Notes: generated by a model from the letters alone, not told the origin. A stretch of DNA of 64,000 nucleotides from Emcibacter sp. (GCA_021774785.1 JAJFIQ010000012.1:22459-86458); one strand, 5' to 3'; counted from the stretch's first letter, positions 47,259 through 57,275 are shown. Numbers and translations are program-made.

Positions 47259-47957
47259 CTATTTTGCATCATGAAGGATAATGCCTAACGTATAACGATT
47301 TCCTGTTCTAACCTTACTCACCCCATGCCTTAAACTTGTTCTGGAATAGCCCTTCACCGTCTTTCGCGGGCGGTAATTCACCGCAAAGATAGCCGCCTCT
47401 CCCTTTTTCAGGGGAATTACATGGGCTCTGGACTGCATACGCGGTCTGGTTTCCGTTATAATAAATTCGCCACCGGAAAAGTCCACCTCTGGTTCACTCA
47501 ACAGGATGACCGCCTGAAACGGAAAATAAAGTGCACCGTATAAATCCTGATGCAAGCAATTATAATCTTCCGGTCCGTATTTCAGAATTAACGGTGTTGG
47601 GCGCATCTGGCCCCCATCATGGCATGTTTTTAAAAAATCTATGTGGTTAGCGGGGAAATAATGGTTGTTCATATTCAGACGTTCCGCCCATATTCTGGCT
47701 GCTGGCACCAGCCTGTCATAGAGCCTCATCCGTAAATCCTGCACCAATGGCGGCAAGGGGTAAGAAAAATATTTATATTCTCCCCGGCCAAAATTATAGC
47801 GAGCCATCTTGATATGGTTACGATATTCCGCCGTCTCATAGCCCGCTATTAACAACTGACATTGCTCATCATCCAACAGGCGCCCTGTGGTGGCAAAGCC
47901 GTGTTCCACCAACGCATCGGTTAAATTCGACTTCTGGATTTCCAAAAAATCATTCAT
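47259..47957 (-). CDS. 2OG-Fe(II) oxygenase family protein (adaptive-response-associated type)
   Basis: 232 aa. CLHQDLYG (HxD) and a distal RHGVSKVRTGNRYTLGIILHD. Co-oriented with alkB (9-nt gap) and divergent from ada. Confidence 0.7.
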   Translation of the reverse strand: MNDFLEIQKSNLTDALVEHGFATTGRLLDDEQCQLLIAGYETAEYRNHIKMARYNFGRGEYKYFSYPLPPLVQDLRMRLYDRLVPAARIWAERLNMNNHYFPANHIDFLKTCHDGGQMRPTPLILKYGPEDYNCLHQDLYGALYFPFQAVILLSEPEVDFSGGEFIITETRPRMQSRAHVIPLKKGEAAIFAVNYRPRKTVKGYSRTSLRHGVSKVRTGNRYTLGIILHDAK

Positions 47958-48132
47958 TGCTCATATCCTAGATATTGAAACCATAATTTAACATTCAGGA
48001 TGATAAGTACACTCCGGTTCTTGTGGTGAAATATCTAATTTAATTCATCAACAACAATCGGAGTTTATCTGCCTTGCACATAAATTATAGTCCTGCTTGA
48101 CGCGAACATCCATTTCAAAGGACAATAGAGAG

Positions 48133-49203
48133 ATGACTGATTTTAATGAAAATGATTTATGGCAGGCCGTGCAGGACCGCAATGCCGACTATGACGGGCG
48201 GTTCTATTATGGCGTCATGACAACAGGCGTATTTTGCAGACCTTCCTGCCCTTCACGCGGGGCGAAACGGGAAAATGTCCGGTTTTTCACAAAGCCTTCA
48301 GAAGCGGAAGCGGCGGGCCTCAGGCCCTGCCTGCGCTGTCATCCCCTTCAGGATAACCCCACGTCCGTTTTGATGACAGAAGCTGCTCATTATATTGAGG
48401 GGCATGCGGATGAAAGCATTTCCCTGTCCCGTCTATCCAATGAATTTGGCCTGAGCGCAACTCACCTGCAAAAATCATTTAAACGCCAACACGGGATAAG
48501 TCCCAAAGAATATCAGAATGCCCACCGCCTGAAAAAACTCAAAGACGCCCTGAAATCCGGAGACGATATTTCAGGCGCTATATATGAAGCGGGTTATGGC
48601 TCGGTCAGCCGTGTATATGAACAGGTTGATGGCCGAATTGGCATGACCCTGTCCGCTTATCGTGACGGGGGAAAGGGCGAGAAAATCGCTTATGTCATCC
48701 GTAATACTGCCCTGGGCCCCATCATTATGGCGGCCACGAACAGGGGCGTTTGTTTTATCCACTTCGGCAACGATGAAAATATTTTGCTCAGCCTTTTATC
48801 AAAAGAATATCCGCAAGCAGAGCTTCTTCCCTCGTCCGCCGTAGATACCCCTGAACTTGCCCTGTGGGTTGAAGCATTGGACCATCACCTTTCCCATAAT
48901 GCGCCCCGGCCGGATATTCCGCTGCATCTTAATGGCACGGCCTTTCAGATGCGGGTCTGGCGGTTTCTGATGTCTGTTCCTGAAGGTGAAGTGAAAAGCT
49001 ACAGCGAAGTGGCGCAGGCCATCGGCTCGCCCAAAGCCATAAGGGCGGCGGCAACGGCTTGCACGGTTAATAATATTGCGATTCTCATACCCTGTCACCG
49101 TGTCTTGCGAAGCGATGGAAGCCTTGGTGGCTATCGCTGGGGGTTGGCGCGGAAAAGAACATTGATCGATCAGGAACGTAATAATATCAGCAATAGTGCC
49201 TAG
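48133..49203 (+). CDS. ada: bifunctional Ada: AraC-type regulator / methylated-DNA-protein-cysteine methyltransferase
   Basis: N-Ada zinc cluster (FCRPSCPSR...CLRC), an AraC HTH region and the C-terminal PCHRV active site. The ATG at 48133 was verified. Confidence 0.9.
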   Translation: MTDFNENDLWQAVQDRNADYDGRFYYGVMTTGVFCRPSCPSRGAKRENVRFFTKPSEAEAAGLRPCLRCHPLQDNPTSVLMTEAAHYIEGHADESISLSRLSNEFGLSATHLQKSFKRQHGISPKEYQNAHRLKKLKDALKSGDDISGAIYEAGYGSVSRVYEQVDGRIGMTLSAYRDGGKGEKIAYVIRNTALGPIIMAATNRGVCFIHFGNDENILLSLLSKEYPQAELLPSSAVDTPELALWVEALDHHLSHNAPRPDIPLHLNGTAFQMRVWRFLMSVPEGEVKSYSEVAQAIGSPKAIRAAATACTVNNIAILIPCHRVLRSDGSLGGYRWGLARKRTLIDQERNNISNSA

Positions 49204-50438
49204 GAATTTACCATGGCCGGAACATTTATACTTTCCCGGTCTTTAATACCCATGACCATGAAAGCGGCAAGGGCCGCCAGAATAACCGAAGCGATCCAGA
49301 CTTCCTGATAACGGGCAAATATATCAAATAAATATCCACCCATATAGGCCCCGACAGCAGCGCCAAAGGCATGGCCCATAGCCAACACACCAAGGGTCAA
49401 ACCCATGATGCGCATGCCAAGGTGACTTGCGATCAGGCTGGCGGTCACCGGAACCGTTGAATAATCAAACAGACCAAATGCAACGCTAAAGATCACCAGC
49501 AGGGCATAATCATCGACAATATACATCAGCACCACAAAGCTTGCCGCCCGCAACAGATATATCCCGACCAGTAAATATACCCGGTTCACGCGATCACTGA
49601 GATATCCGGCGATGATCATACCGACCATATTAAACGCCGATAACGCACCATAGGCTACGGCACTGGTAAGCGGCGGATAACCACAAGCGACAATATAAGG
49701 CAACAGATGTGTTTCAATCACCCCGGCGGTTGTGAAGCCGCATAAAGTAAAGCTCCAGAATAGAGCATGAAATATCGGCTTTTTAACCAGCCATCTCAAC
49801 TGCTCTGACAGCGAGGGTTTATCCTGTTCATTCTTTGTCTGAACCACAGCGACACCAAACTTTTTTGGCAATAACCGCCAACATAATATAGCCACCAGAA
49901 CACAGATGATAGCCAGAAACATATAACTGTCCCGCCAGTTATAGGACCCAAGCATGACAGCAAACAGGGGTACGATTAATAACTGCCCCGCAGTAGCCCC
50001 AGCCGTGGCGACACCCGTTGCCAATCCACGATTCTTGTCAAACAACGGGGATATGGTTGTTACAATGACATGCATGGCAACAACCCCAAAACCCACCCCG
50101 GCAATCGCGCTATAAGCGATTAAGAAAAGCCATTGCGTCTTCATGATCGCGATCAAAACCGTGGCTAGGGCAATGATCAACATGCCACCAACAATTAATT
50201 TTCTGGCACCAAAACGGTCAACGGCATTTCCGGCAAAAGGGGCTATTAAAGCCATAACCACTAGACAGATTGCCCCGCCGGTGGAAATAAAGCTCCGGCT
50301 CCATTCCATCTCCGCTGACCAAACCGGCATCACCAGACCAATTGTCGATCTTATGGAAAAGGTCAGGCTTAAAACAAAAAAGCCTATTATAACAATTAAC
50401 CATCTAGAAGAAACAAAACCAGTCATCGGACCATCCAT
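49200..50438 (-). CDS. MFS transporter
   Basis: 412 aa with about 12 TM and the motif DRFGARK. Divergent from the LysR gene. Confidence 0.85.
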   Translation of the reverse strand: MDGPMTGFVSSRWLIVIIGFFVLSLTFSIRSTIGLVMPVWSAEMEWSRSFISTGGAICLVVMALIAPFAGNAVDRFGARKLIVGGMLIIALATVLIAIMKTQWLFLIAYSAIAGVGFGVVAMHVIVTTISPLFDKNRGLATGVATAGATAGQLLIVPLFAVMLGSYNWRDSYMFLAIICVLVAILCWRLLPKKFGVAVVQTKNEQDKPSLSEQLRWLVKKPIFHALFWSFTLCGFTTAGVIETHLLPYIVACGYPPLTSAVAYGALSAFNMVGMIIAGYLSDRVNRVYLLVGIYLLRAASFVVLMYIVDDYALLVIFSVAFGLFDYSTVPVTASLIASHLGMRIMGLTLGVLAMGHAFGAAVGAYMGGYLFDIFARYQEVWIASVILAALAAFMVMGIKDRESINVPAMVNS

Positions 50439-50575
50439 TCGTGATAATAAATTAGATTTTCTTATCTTAAAAGGCTATGATGCCTTATGTGATAAACCAT
50501 ATATCTTTAATATCTAAAAGGTGTAGGGTTCTCAAATCATATTAATTAACCATTTAAGATAGAAAAACTAACTTA

Positions 50576-51457
50576 ATGGAAAAAAGATTACCTGCCATAG
50601 GAAGCTTGCTGGCCTTCGAAGCCGCAGCCCGGAACTTAAGCTTTAAAAAAGCCGCCGAGGAATTGAATTTATCGCCGGGCGCGATCAGTCAGAAGATCGG
50701 TAAACTTGAGCAGATTGTCGGTGTCACCCTGTTCAGGCGAACCCCGCATCAATTTTCCCTGACCGTTCATGGGGAAGCCTATCTGCCCACAATACGTCAA
50801 TCTTTACAACAGATTTCCGTAGCCACGACTGAATTGTCCCGGCGCAATCAGAATTCAACCTTAACCATCAGCATTGACCCATCCTTTGCCGTCAAATGGC
50901 TATTGCCACGCCTGAGTGATTTCAATGACAAACACCCCGACATAACGGTGAATATAAATACCACCAATCGTTTGATTGACTTTGACCGTGAAGATATCGA
51001 CCTTGCCATCCGTCATGGGCTAGGCAATTACAAAGGACTTTTCTGTCAAAAATTATTCACCGAAAATTTTGTACCCGTATGCAGCCCAGCCTTGCTCAAG
51101 GCAGACCCGCCCCTGCGTTCGGCAGATGATTTAAAACACCATACCCTGTTGCATGATATCATGGGTCGGGAATGGCCCCTCTTTACGGATATTCTGGGGA
51201 TATCCGGGGTTGATGCATCACAAGGGCCAAAGTTCAGCAGTAGCATTTTAATTCTACAGGCCGCTCTTGACGGGCAGGGCGTCGCTTTAGTGCGGTCTGC
51301 CCTAGTCCAAAATGAACTAGCCAACGGAAATCTGGTTCAGCCTTTCGACATCAACATGCCAAGCGATTTCGCCTATTATCTTGTCTATCCGAAAGCCGCA
51401 GGCGAAAACAAGACCATTATGGCTTTCGGAGACTGGATTATCAGCCAGACGCCTTAA
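50576..51457 (+). CDS. LysR family transcriptional regulator (GcvA-like)
   Basis: HTH region FEAAARNLSFKKAAEELNLSPGAISQKIGKLE; 293 aa. Confidence 0.9.
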   Translation: MEKRLPAIGSLLAFEAAARNLSFKKAAEELNLSPGAISQKIGKLEQIVGVTLFRRTPHQFSLTVHGEAYLPTIRQSLQQISVATTELSRRNQNSTLTISIDPSFAVKWLLPRLSDFNDKHPDITVNINTTNRLIDFDREDIDLAIRHGLGNYKGLFCQKLFTENFVPVCSPALLKADPPLRSADDLKHHTLLHDIMGREWPLFTDILGISGVDASQGPKFSSSILILQAALDGQGVALVRSALVQNELANGNLVQPFDINMPSDFAYYLVYPKAAGENKTIMAFGDWIISQTP

Positions 51458-51483
51458 AGGATGAACTTAATCACTATTATCCC

Positions 51484-52659
51484 TTAATGCCCTGCAAAAT
51501 GATTTTCCTCGGGCAAAAGCACGATCACATTAGGATTAAGTCCCATATCAGCCAGCGTGGTAATGGTTGCCACAACTTCTTCTTTCTTGAGATCAATCAC
51601 ATTAATCGTACCCGAAGACATGCCCGGCAAATTTAACAGGCTGTTCTGCACAAACCCCATTTTGCCGTCATTGGTGAAAGCAATATGATGGGAACCCTGG
51701 TCGGTCTTTACTGTTTTCATAAGCTTGGGTTTGCCCACATCCTCTTTCAGGTCAAAGATATGCACGAAGCCCGGGCTGGCAGAAGAGATATACATTGTAT
51801 CCACATTCTGGTTAAAATAAATCTCCAGCGGAACACCGGCATTAACTGTGGAAAAATCAAAGACCTGTTCCGACCTGAATTTCTTCTTGCCACTATCCCA
51901 TGTGAGTGTCCACAGCGTATTGCCAAACATATTGGTCACATAGGCGATGATTTCATCACCCTTGGGAACAAACAGAATTTCCACCGGTGCCTCACCTGAT
52001 GGCGATGCTTTCAGGGATACTTTGTGGCTGCCCAGAATTTCATGTGTGGTGGCATCAATCTCTGTAATAACTTCACCGGGGTTTGTCATATCACCTTTGA
52101 CTGTACTGGTAACCAATATACGGTTGATTTTTGAATTAACCGCCAAGCCATGAGGATATATTCCCGGAATCCGGATGACATCAATTATTTTGTCTGTCTG
52201 AACGTCACCAACAATGACCGTTCCCGACGCCATACAGGTCAAATACCAGCGACTGTTATCCTCATTAAGAACCACATCTTCCCCCATGGTGCAGTCAGGC
52301 ATAGCAAGAGTTTTGAGACGGAACGGGTTGGCTGTCATATCAAGAACACCCAACTCCTTTTTCGCCAAGGAAGTGAGATAACCTTTTGTCATGGTTCGGT
52401 CATAAAATATATGGTGAGAAACCGTATCATTCGGCAAGGGCATATCCCACAGGATTTTACCAAAATTCTGTGACCCCGGATCAACATCCATGATCACGAT
52501 ACCTTCTTTACGTTCTCCGGTCCCGGATAGTTTGAGGCTTTTCAAACTGTCAGGGCTTTTTGATTCATATAGCATCATTGCCAAAATTTCGGCATGGGCA
52601 GCTGAAAATAAAAAACTAAATGCTACAAGACTTGCTGTAATAATTTTAGAAATACTCAT
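51484..52659 (-). CDS. secreted beta-propeller protein (YVTN/SBP56-like, unassigned)
   Basis: 391 aa. Signal peptide MSISKIITASLVAFSFLFSAAHA and repeated beta-strand blades. The segment IVIMDVDPGSQNFGKILWDMPLPNDTVSHH resembles the DVDPxS...HH segment of selenium-binding-protein/methanethiol-oxidase-like propellers. That comparison is from memory and is not verified. Confidence 0.6.
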   Translation of the reverse strand: MSISKIITASLVAFSFLFSAAHAEILAMMLYESKSPDSLKSLKLSGTGERKEGIVIMDVDPGSQNFGKILWDMPLPNDTVSHHIFYDRTMTKGYLTSLAKKELGVLDMTANPFRLKTLAMPDCTMGEDVVLNEDNSRWYLTCMASGTVIVGDVQTDKIIDVIRIPGIYPHGLAVNSKINRILVTSTVKGDMTNPGEVITEIDATTHEILGSHKVSLKASPSGEAPVEILFVPKGDEIIAYVTNMFGNTLWTLTWDSGKKKFRSEQVFDFSTVNAGVPLEIYFNQNVDTMYISSASPGFVHIFDLKEDVGKPKLMKTVKTDQGSHHIAFTNDGKMGFVQNSLLNLPGMSSGTINVIDLKKEEVVATITTLADMGLNPNVIVLLPEENHFAGH

Positions 52660-52755
52660 TAGGCCCTCCTATAAGAATATTGAATATGTTGAATATATAC
52701 CTTAAAATGAATTTCTAAAAGACGATTCTTTCTATGGTTTAAGTAGGGGGACAAG

Positions 52756-54249
52756 TTGGATTATAATTTATGGTTCAAGCAACGATCGCACGTAAATAAG
52801 ATTTTTACCTGTAGCCTGTTGTTTATTGCATTGAATATTTCGATTGCGGCGGCCCACGGGCTTGGCGTAAGACATCAACTTGCCATACCACTTTATTATT
52901 ATATTCTGGGTGCCGGCTTGACGGTCGGCTTGTCTTTTATGGTTGCATCTGTCTTTCTAAAACAGGAGCAAACTGACAAGCAGACTTTTCACTGGCGTTA
53001 CACAGGGGCAGGACAACAACAGCTTAGCCATATGGTAGAAATTGCCATTCCGCTGATAAAAATTTTAAGTATTATCACCTTTTTAATCATTATCTTTGCT
53101 GGGCGGTATGGCCTTCAAAGTCCGACACAAAATTTGGCGCCTATCCTTATCTGGTCACTATGGTGGGTGGGGGTGGTTTATATTCAGGCCTTGGTTGGTG
53201 ATATCTGGCGTCTGGTAAATCCATGGTCCATATGGTTTGGCCTGTTTGAAAAAATGCCTTTCTTTACCAAATATATTGGCCGAATATCCTACCCCAAGAA
53301 ATTATCGTGCTGGCCTGCGGTGGTAATATTCTGGTTTTTTGCCTGGCTTGAACAAGTCGCACCCTTTGCAGAACAGCCGCAGCCTTTGGTACAATTGATT
53401 TTGGTTTATTCCTTAATCACTTGGGCTGGCATGTTTACATTCGGCCATGATGTGTGGCTAAAAAGGGGTGAAGCCTTTTCTCTGCTATTTACCTATCTGG
53501 CCCGTATGGCTCCAACCACATACAAGGCCGACCAGAACCGCTTATATTTAAGACCGCTGGGCGTTGGGCTTCTGGTCAGAAAACCACTTGATAAAGCTGC
53601 CACATGTTTGATCCTTACCCTGCTGGCCAGCGTAACTTTTGACGGCTTCCGCGATACTGTATTTTGGGCCGATTTGGTCCATTGGCTATTGGCTCAACCA
53701 ATGTTGTTCAAGCCCCTGTTTAAAATTCAACAGTCCGGCATCGATCTGTTGCTATTCATCGAAAGCATGGGGCTTTTGCTGACGCCGCTTTTTTTCTTCC
53801 TGAGTTATGGTCTGATCAGCAGCCTTGCCGCCCATCTGTCAAAATCAGTCCAAACCACAGGTTCCATGGCCGGATATTTTGTCCTTACTCTGGTGCCCAT
53901 AAGTTTTGCTTATCATATAGCCCATTATTTAAGTTTTCTGTTGCTGGCAGGACAGCTTGCCATTCCGCTTTTTTCAGACCCCTTCAATATGGGGTGGGAT
54001 TTGTTGGGGACCACGGGACGACAGTTGGACGTGGGTATTATCGGCATTAGCACCACATGGTGGGTGGCGGTTGGTGCGGTGGTGATTGGGCATGTTTACG
54101 CGGTTTATCTCGCCCATGTGATGGCCTTAAGGTTATTAGCAACAAAAAAAACCGCCCTTATCAGCCAGACGCCCCTGATCATCCTTATGATATGTTATAC
54201 AATGATGAGCTTGTGGATTTTGGCCCAACCAATTGTGATGAACGATTAA
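52756..54249 (+). CDS. polytopic integral membrane protein, unknown function
   Basis: 497 aa with at least 10 hydrophobic helices. The N-terminal signal-like segment ends AAA|HGLGVRH. TTG start; no recognisable motif. Confidence 0.6.
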   Translation: MDYNLWFKQRSHVNKIFTCSLLFIALNISIAAAHGLGVRHQLAIPLYYYILGAGLTVGLSFMVASVFLKQEQTDKQTFHWRYTGAGQQQLSHMVEIAIPLIKILSIITFLIIIFAGRYGLQSPTQNLAPILIWSLWWVGVVYIQALVGDIWRLVNPWSIWFGLFEKMPFFTKYIGRISYPKKLSCWPAVVIFWFFAWLEQVAPFAEQPQPLVQLILVYSLITWAGMFTFGHDVWLKRGEAFSLLFTYLARMAPTTYKADQNRLYLRPLGVGLLVRKPLDKAATCLILTLLASVTFDGFRDTVFWADLVHWLLAQPMLFKPLFKIQQSGIDLLLFIESMGLLLTPLFFFLSYGLISSLAAHLSKSVQTTGSMAGYFVLTLVPISFAYHIAHYLSFLLLAGQLAIPLFSDPFNMGWDLLGTTGRQLDVGIIGISTTWWVAVGAVVIGHVYAVYLAHVMALRLLATKKTALISQTPLIILMICYTMMSLWILAQPIVMND

Positions 54250-54266
54250 GGAAGGAGGAAGCTAAT

Positions 54267-54635
54267 ATGAAAAAAAGACTTTTATTTACTGTGCTGGCCT
54301 ATTTCGTGACCTGTTCCACTGCCTTGACGCAACAAGCTATTATGCCGAAGTTTTCCACACAGGCCCTAGAGGGTAAAGTCGTATACCAGCAGAATTGCGT
54401 GGAATGTCACGGCAAAGACGTGCTGGGTACCGATCTTGGGCCGCCTCTATTGCATCCCTTTTACCGACCGGACCATCATGGCGATGACGCCATAAAAAGA
54501 GCCATTAAAAAAGGTGTTATGCCCCATCACTGGCTTTTCGGCGCTATGCCCGCCATTGAAACAATCAAGGATGAGGACATTCCAAAACTGATATCTTTTA
54601 TCCGTGAACTACAAAGAGCCAACGGCATTAAATAA
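54267..54635 (+). CDS. monohaem c-type cytochrome (periplasmic)
   Basis: MKKRLLFTVLAYFVTCSTALT signal, haem motif CVECHG and a distal Met (GAMP). The ATG at 54267 is preceded by GGAAGGAGGAA. The track ORF from 54057 is an extension overlapping the previous gene. Confidence 0.82.
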   Translation: MKKRLLFTVLAYFVTCSTALTQQAIMPKFSTQALEGKVVYQQNCVECHGKDVLGTDLGPPLLHPFYRPDHHGDDAIKRAIKKGVMPHHWLFGAMPAIETIKDEDIPKLISFIRELQRANGIK

Positions 54636-54735
54636 GCTCTATTCTGTAATGCCCATTATCAGAATCAACATCAACAAAATGCCAGAATTACAGCCGCCAA
54701 GTATTGCCGGTCAGGCCCACGAGCATATCCGTTTA

Positions 54736-54882
54736 TGCCCTTGAACTGCCACTTACCGACAGAAAGAAATAATCAAACGTCCATGCCGCGATGACCGTAT
54801 AATAGCTCATGATGAAAAACACACCCAAAACAGTCAATCCGCCAAGCGCACTCCAGCGGGGACTTGGGCCTGATCCTCCCTG
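54736..54882 (-). pseudogene. relic fragment of a sodium:neurotransmitter symporter (SNF/NSS) family transporter
   Basis: A minus-strand stop-to-stop frame gives QGGSGPSPRWSALGGLTVLGVFFIMSYYTVIAAWTFDYFFLSVSGSSRA, which fits the NSS TM3 region pattern (W..lG.l.v...f.i.sYY.vi.gW...Y). There is no start codon and no continuation. Confidence 0.4.
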
Positions 54883-54920
54883 TCATTATTATGCTAGCGT
54901 AAAATTATATGGCACTGCCG

Positions 54921-55994
54921 TCAAACTATCCCTGATATTATCACTGAAAAATATAGGATTGATATGGTGATCGTCTCTATGAGAATGAGAAATACCGGCT
55001 TCCATCCCAGCGAAAACATATCCTTCAGTGACGTTTTCATACCCACCGCCGTTATGGCCATCACCAACAGCCATTTGCTGGCATTCTGTAAAAAATTCAG
55101 GATTTCCTGCGGTATAATTTGCAGGGAATTCAAAATTACAAGAGCAATAAAACCCACCAGAAAATAAGGAAAAAGAAACCGCCCTGATGATGTCTGGCTG
55201 CGCTGTTTCCTAAAGCCGATGGCAAAAAGAAAAAGAATAGGCACCAGCATAAAAACCCGAACCAGCTTGACGATTATCGCGGTATCACCAGCCTCTTCAG
55301 AGATACTGTATCCTGCGCCCACCACTTGCGAAACATCATGGATCGTACCGCCGATCAATATGCCCGCCTGATTATCATCAATGCCTAGAAAGCCAATGAT
55401 CACCGGATAGAAAATCATGGAGATCGTTCCCATAGCCGTGACCCCGACCACAGCTATCAGGGTATTATGCTCCAGCGTTTTTGACTTTGGCATCACCGTA
55501 GATATAGCCAGTGCCGCAGACGCTCCGCAAATGGCCGTCGCCCCGCCAATAAGAAGCCCCTGTTCACGGTCCAGTTTCAACAGCCATGCCCAGACAATAC
55601 CCATCGCAATAACAATCCCGATGGCCAAAATTACAAGAGTGAGAACTTCACCACCAAGGGCCGTAAAATCAGACAACATAATGCGCGCACCGATTAAGGC
55701 GACCCCGACCCTTAATATTGACTGGGACGTGAATTGCACGCCTTTTTTGGTCGGACTTTCCTGTGACAGGAAATGAAATACCATGCCCAGCAACAAACAG
55801 AGCAGCATTACAGGGGCGTTATAATGCTGAGCAATAAATTTGGCCGCTAACGCCACCGTGCCACAAATCAGTATCCCTGGTGCCAAGGCACGCACGTGGT
55901 TCCAGAAAGGCTCTTTTTTCTCACCATCCCCGGGATAGAAGCCTTCAATAGAATCCAGATAATCGTATTTTCTTAAATGCTCGATATCTTTCAT
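54921..55994 (-). CDS. YeiH/UPF0324 (putative sulfate exporter, PSE) family membrane protein
   Basis: 357 aa, about 10 TM, with a YeiH-type pattern (GGATAICGASAALA, LVRVFMLVP). Last gene of the five-gene operon. Confidence 0.82.
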   Translation of the reverse strand: MKDIEHLRKYDYLDSIEGFYPGDGEKKEPFWNHVRALAPGILICGTVALAAKFIAQHYNAPVMLLCLLLGMVFHFLSQESPTKKGVQFTSQSILRVGVALIGARIMLSDFTALGGEVLTLVILAIGIVIAMGIVWAWLLKLDREQGLLIGGATAICGASAALAISTVMPKSKTLEHNTLIAVVGVTAMGTISMIFYPVIIGFLGIDDNQAGILIGGTIHDVSQVVGAGYSISEEAGDTAIIVKLVRVFMLVPILFLFAIGFRKQRSQTSSGRFLFPYFLVGFIALVILNSLQIIPQEILNFLQNASKWLLVMAITAVGMKTSLKDMFSLGWKPVFLILIETITISILYFSVIISGIV

Positions 55995-56003
55995 CGGGTA
56001 AGC

Positions 56004-57263
56004 CTATTTAAAAAGATCATAATCTATGGGTTGGTGGCAATCAATGCGACGGTCAATATCCGGCATGGGATATTTAAGCCCCGTGGCACAATTGAACAGC
56101 AACACACGTTCGTCTTTACGGACCTGACCTGTTTCCAATGCCTGTTGCCATGCAGCAAAGGTGGCAGCCCCTTCGGGGCATAAAAGAAAGCCGTCTTTCT
56201 CGGCAACCTTATCCCTTGCCTGAAAAATCTGCTCGTCACTGACGGCAATGGCAAAACCTTTGCTTTCCCGCACCGCCCGCAGGATCAGAAAATCACCAAC
56301 TGCTGCCGGAACCCGAATACCCCATGCGGTGGTATGGGCATCCTGCCACAGGGGGGCATGTTCAACCCCATCTTCCCAAGCCTTGACGATGGGCGCGCAT
56401 CCTGTTGATTGCACCGCAACCATACGCGGGCGTTTTGAGCCAATCCAACCGATGGCTTCCAGTTCTGCAAAAGCCTTCCACATACCGATCAGGCCGGTGC
56501 CGCCACCGGTGGGGTAAAAGATTACATCCGGCACATCCCACCCATATTGTTCGGCAAGCTCCAGCCCCATGGTTTTCTTGCCTTCAATCCGGTAAGGCTC
56601 CTTCAGGGTGGATATATCGGTCCAGCCGATGGGGTCTTTACCGTCGAGAACGATCTTGCCGCAATCATTAATCAGACCGTTGACTTTATAGACCTTGGCC
56701 CCCTGCAATTCAATTTCCCGAACGTTCGTTTCCGGCGTGTCATCGGGGCAGAATACTGTTGTTTTCAGTCCGGCATAACTGGCATAGGCCGCCAGCGCCG
56801 CCCCCGCATTGCCATTGGTGGGCATGGCCAGATGGGATTGGCCCAATTCTTTTGCCATAGCAACCGCAAGCGCCAGCCCGCGTGCCTTGAATGATCCCGT
56901 CGGTAATCGTCCCTCATCCTTAACGATAACCTCAGTTCCCTCCGGCACAGAATTTTTCAGGGGAACCAGCGGGGTCATCACCTCGCCCAGACTTACCACA
57001 TTCTCAGGATGTTGTACCGGCAGGAATTCACGATATTTCCAGAATCCGCCAGCCCGCTTTTCTATTTCATGCTTGGTTACGGACTGCTTTATTTTTTCCA
57101 GATCATAGCGCACCAGCAACGGTTTGCCCGCCTCGGACAGGCCATGGGGCATGCCTTTTTCATACAGGTCACCATGCATGGAACATTCCAGGTGGGTGAT
57201 AAATGATGGGTTCTTTTGGTAAAGTGCGCGCGTTTGCTCAGTTTCAAGATTAAACAATACCAT
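56004..57263 (-). CDS. threonine synthase-fold PLP-dependent enzyme (function uncertain)
   Basis: 419 aa. PLP-lysine motif PTGSFKARG and the glycine loop YPTGGGTGLIG. The N-terminal zinc-ribbon position is degenerate (LECSMHGDLY). Confidence 0.8.
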   Translation of the reverse strand: MVLFNLETEQTRALYQKNPSFITHLECSMHGDLYEKGMPHGLSEAGKPLLVRYDLEKIKQSVTKHEIEKRAGGFWKYREFLPVQHPENVVSLGEVMTPLVPLKNSVPEGTEVIVKDEGRLPTGSFKARGLALAVAMAKELGQSHLAMPTNGNAGAALAAYASYAGLKTTVFCPDDTPETNVREIELQGAKVYKVNGLINDCGKIVLDGKDPIGWTDISTLKEPYRIEGKKTMGLELAEQYGWDVPDVIFYPTGGGTGLIGMWKAFAELEAIGWIGSKRPRMVAVQSTGCAPIVKAWEDGVEHAPLWQDAHTTAWGIRVPAAVGDFLILRAVRESKGFAIAVSDEQIFQARDKVAEKDGFLLCPEGAATFAAWQQALETGQVRKDERVLLFNCATGLKYPMPDIDRRIDCHQPIDYDLFK

Positions 57264-57275
57264 TATGGATTTATC

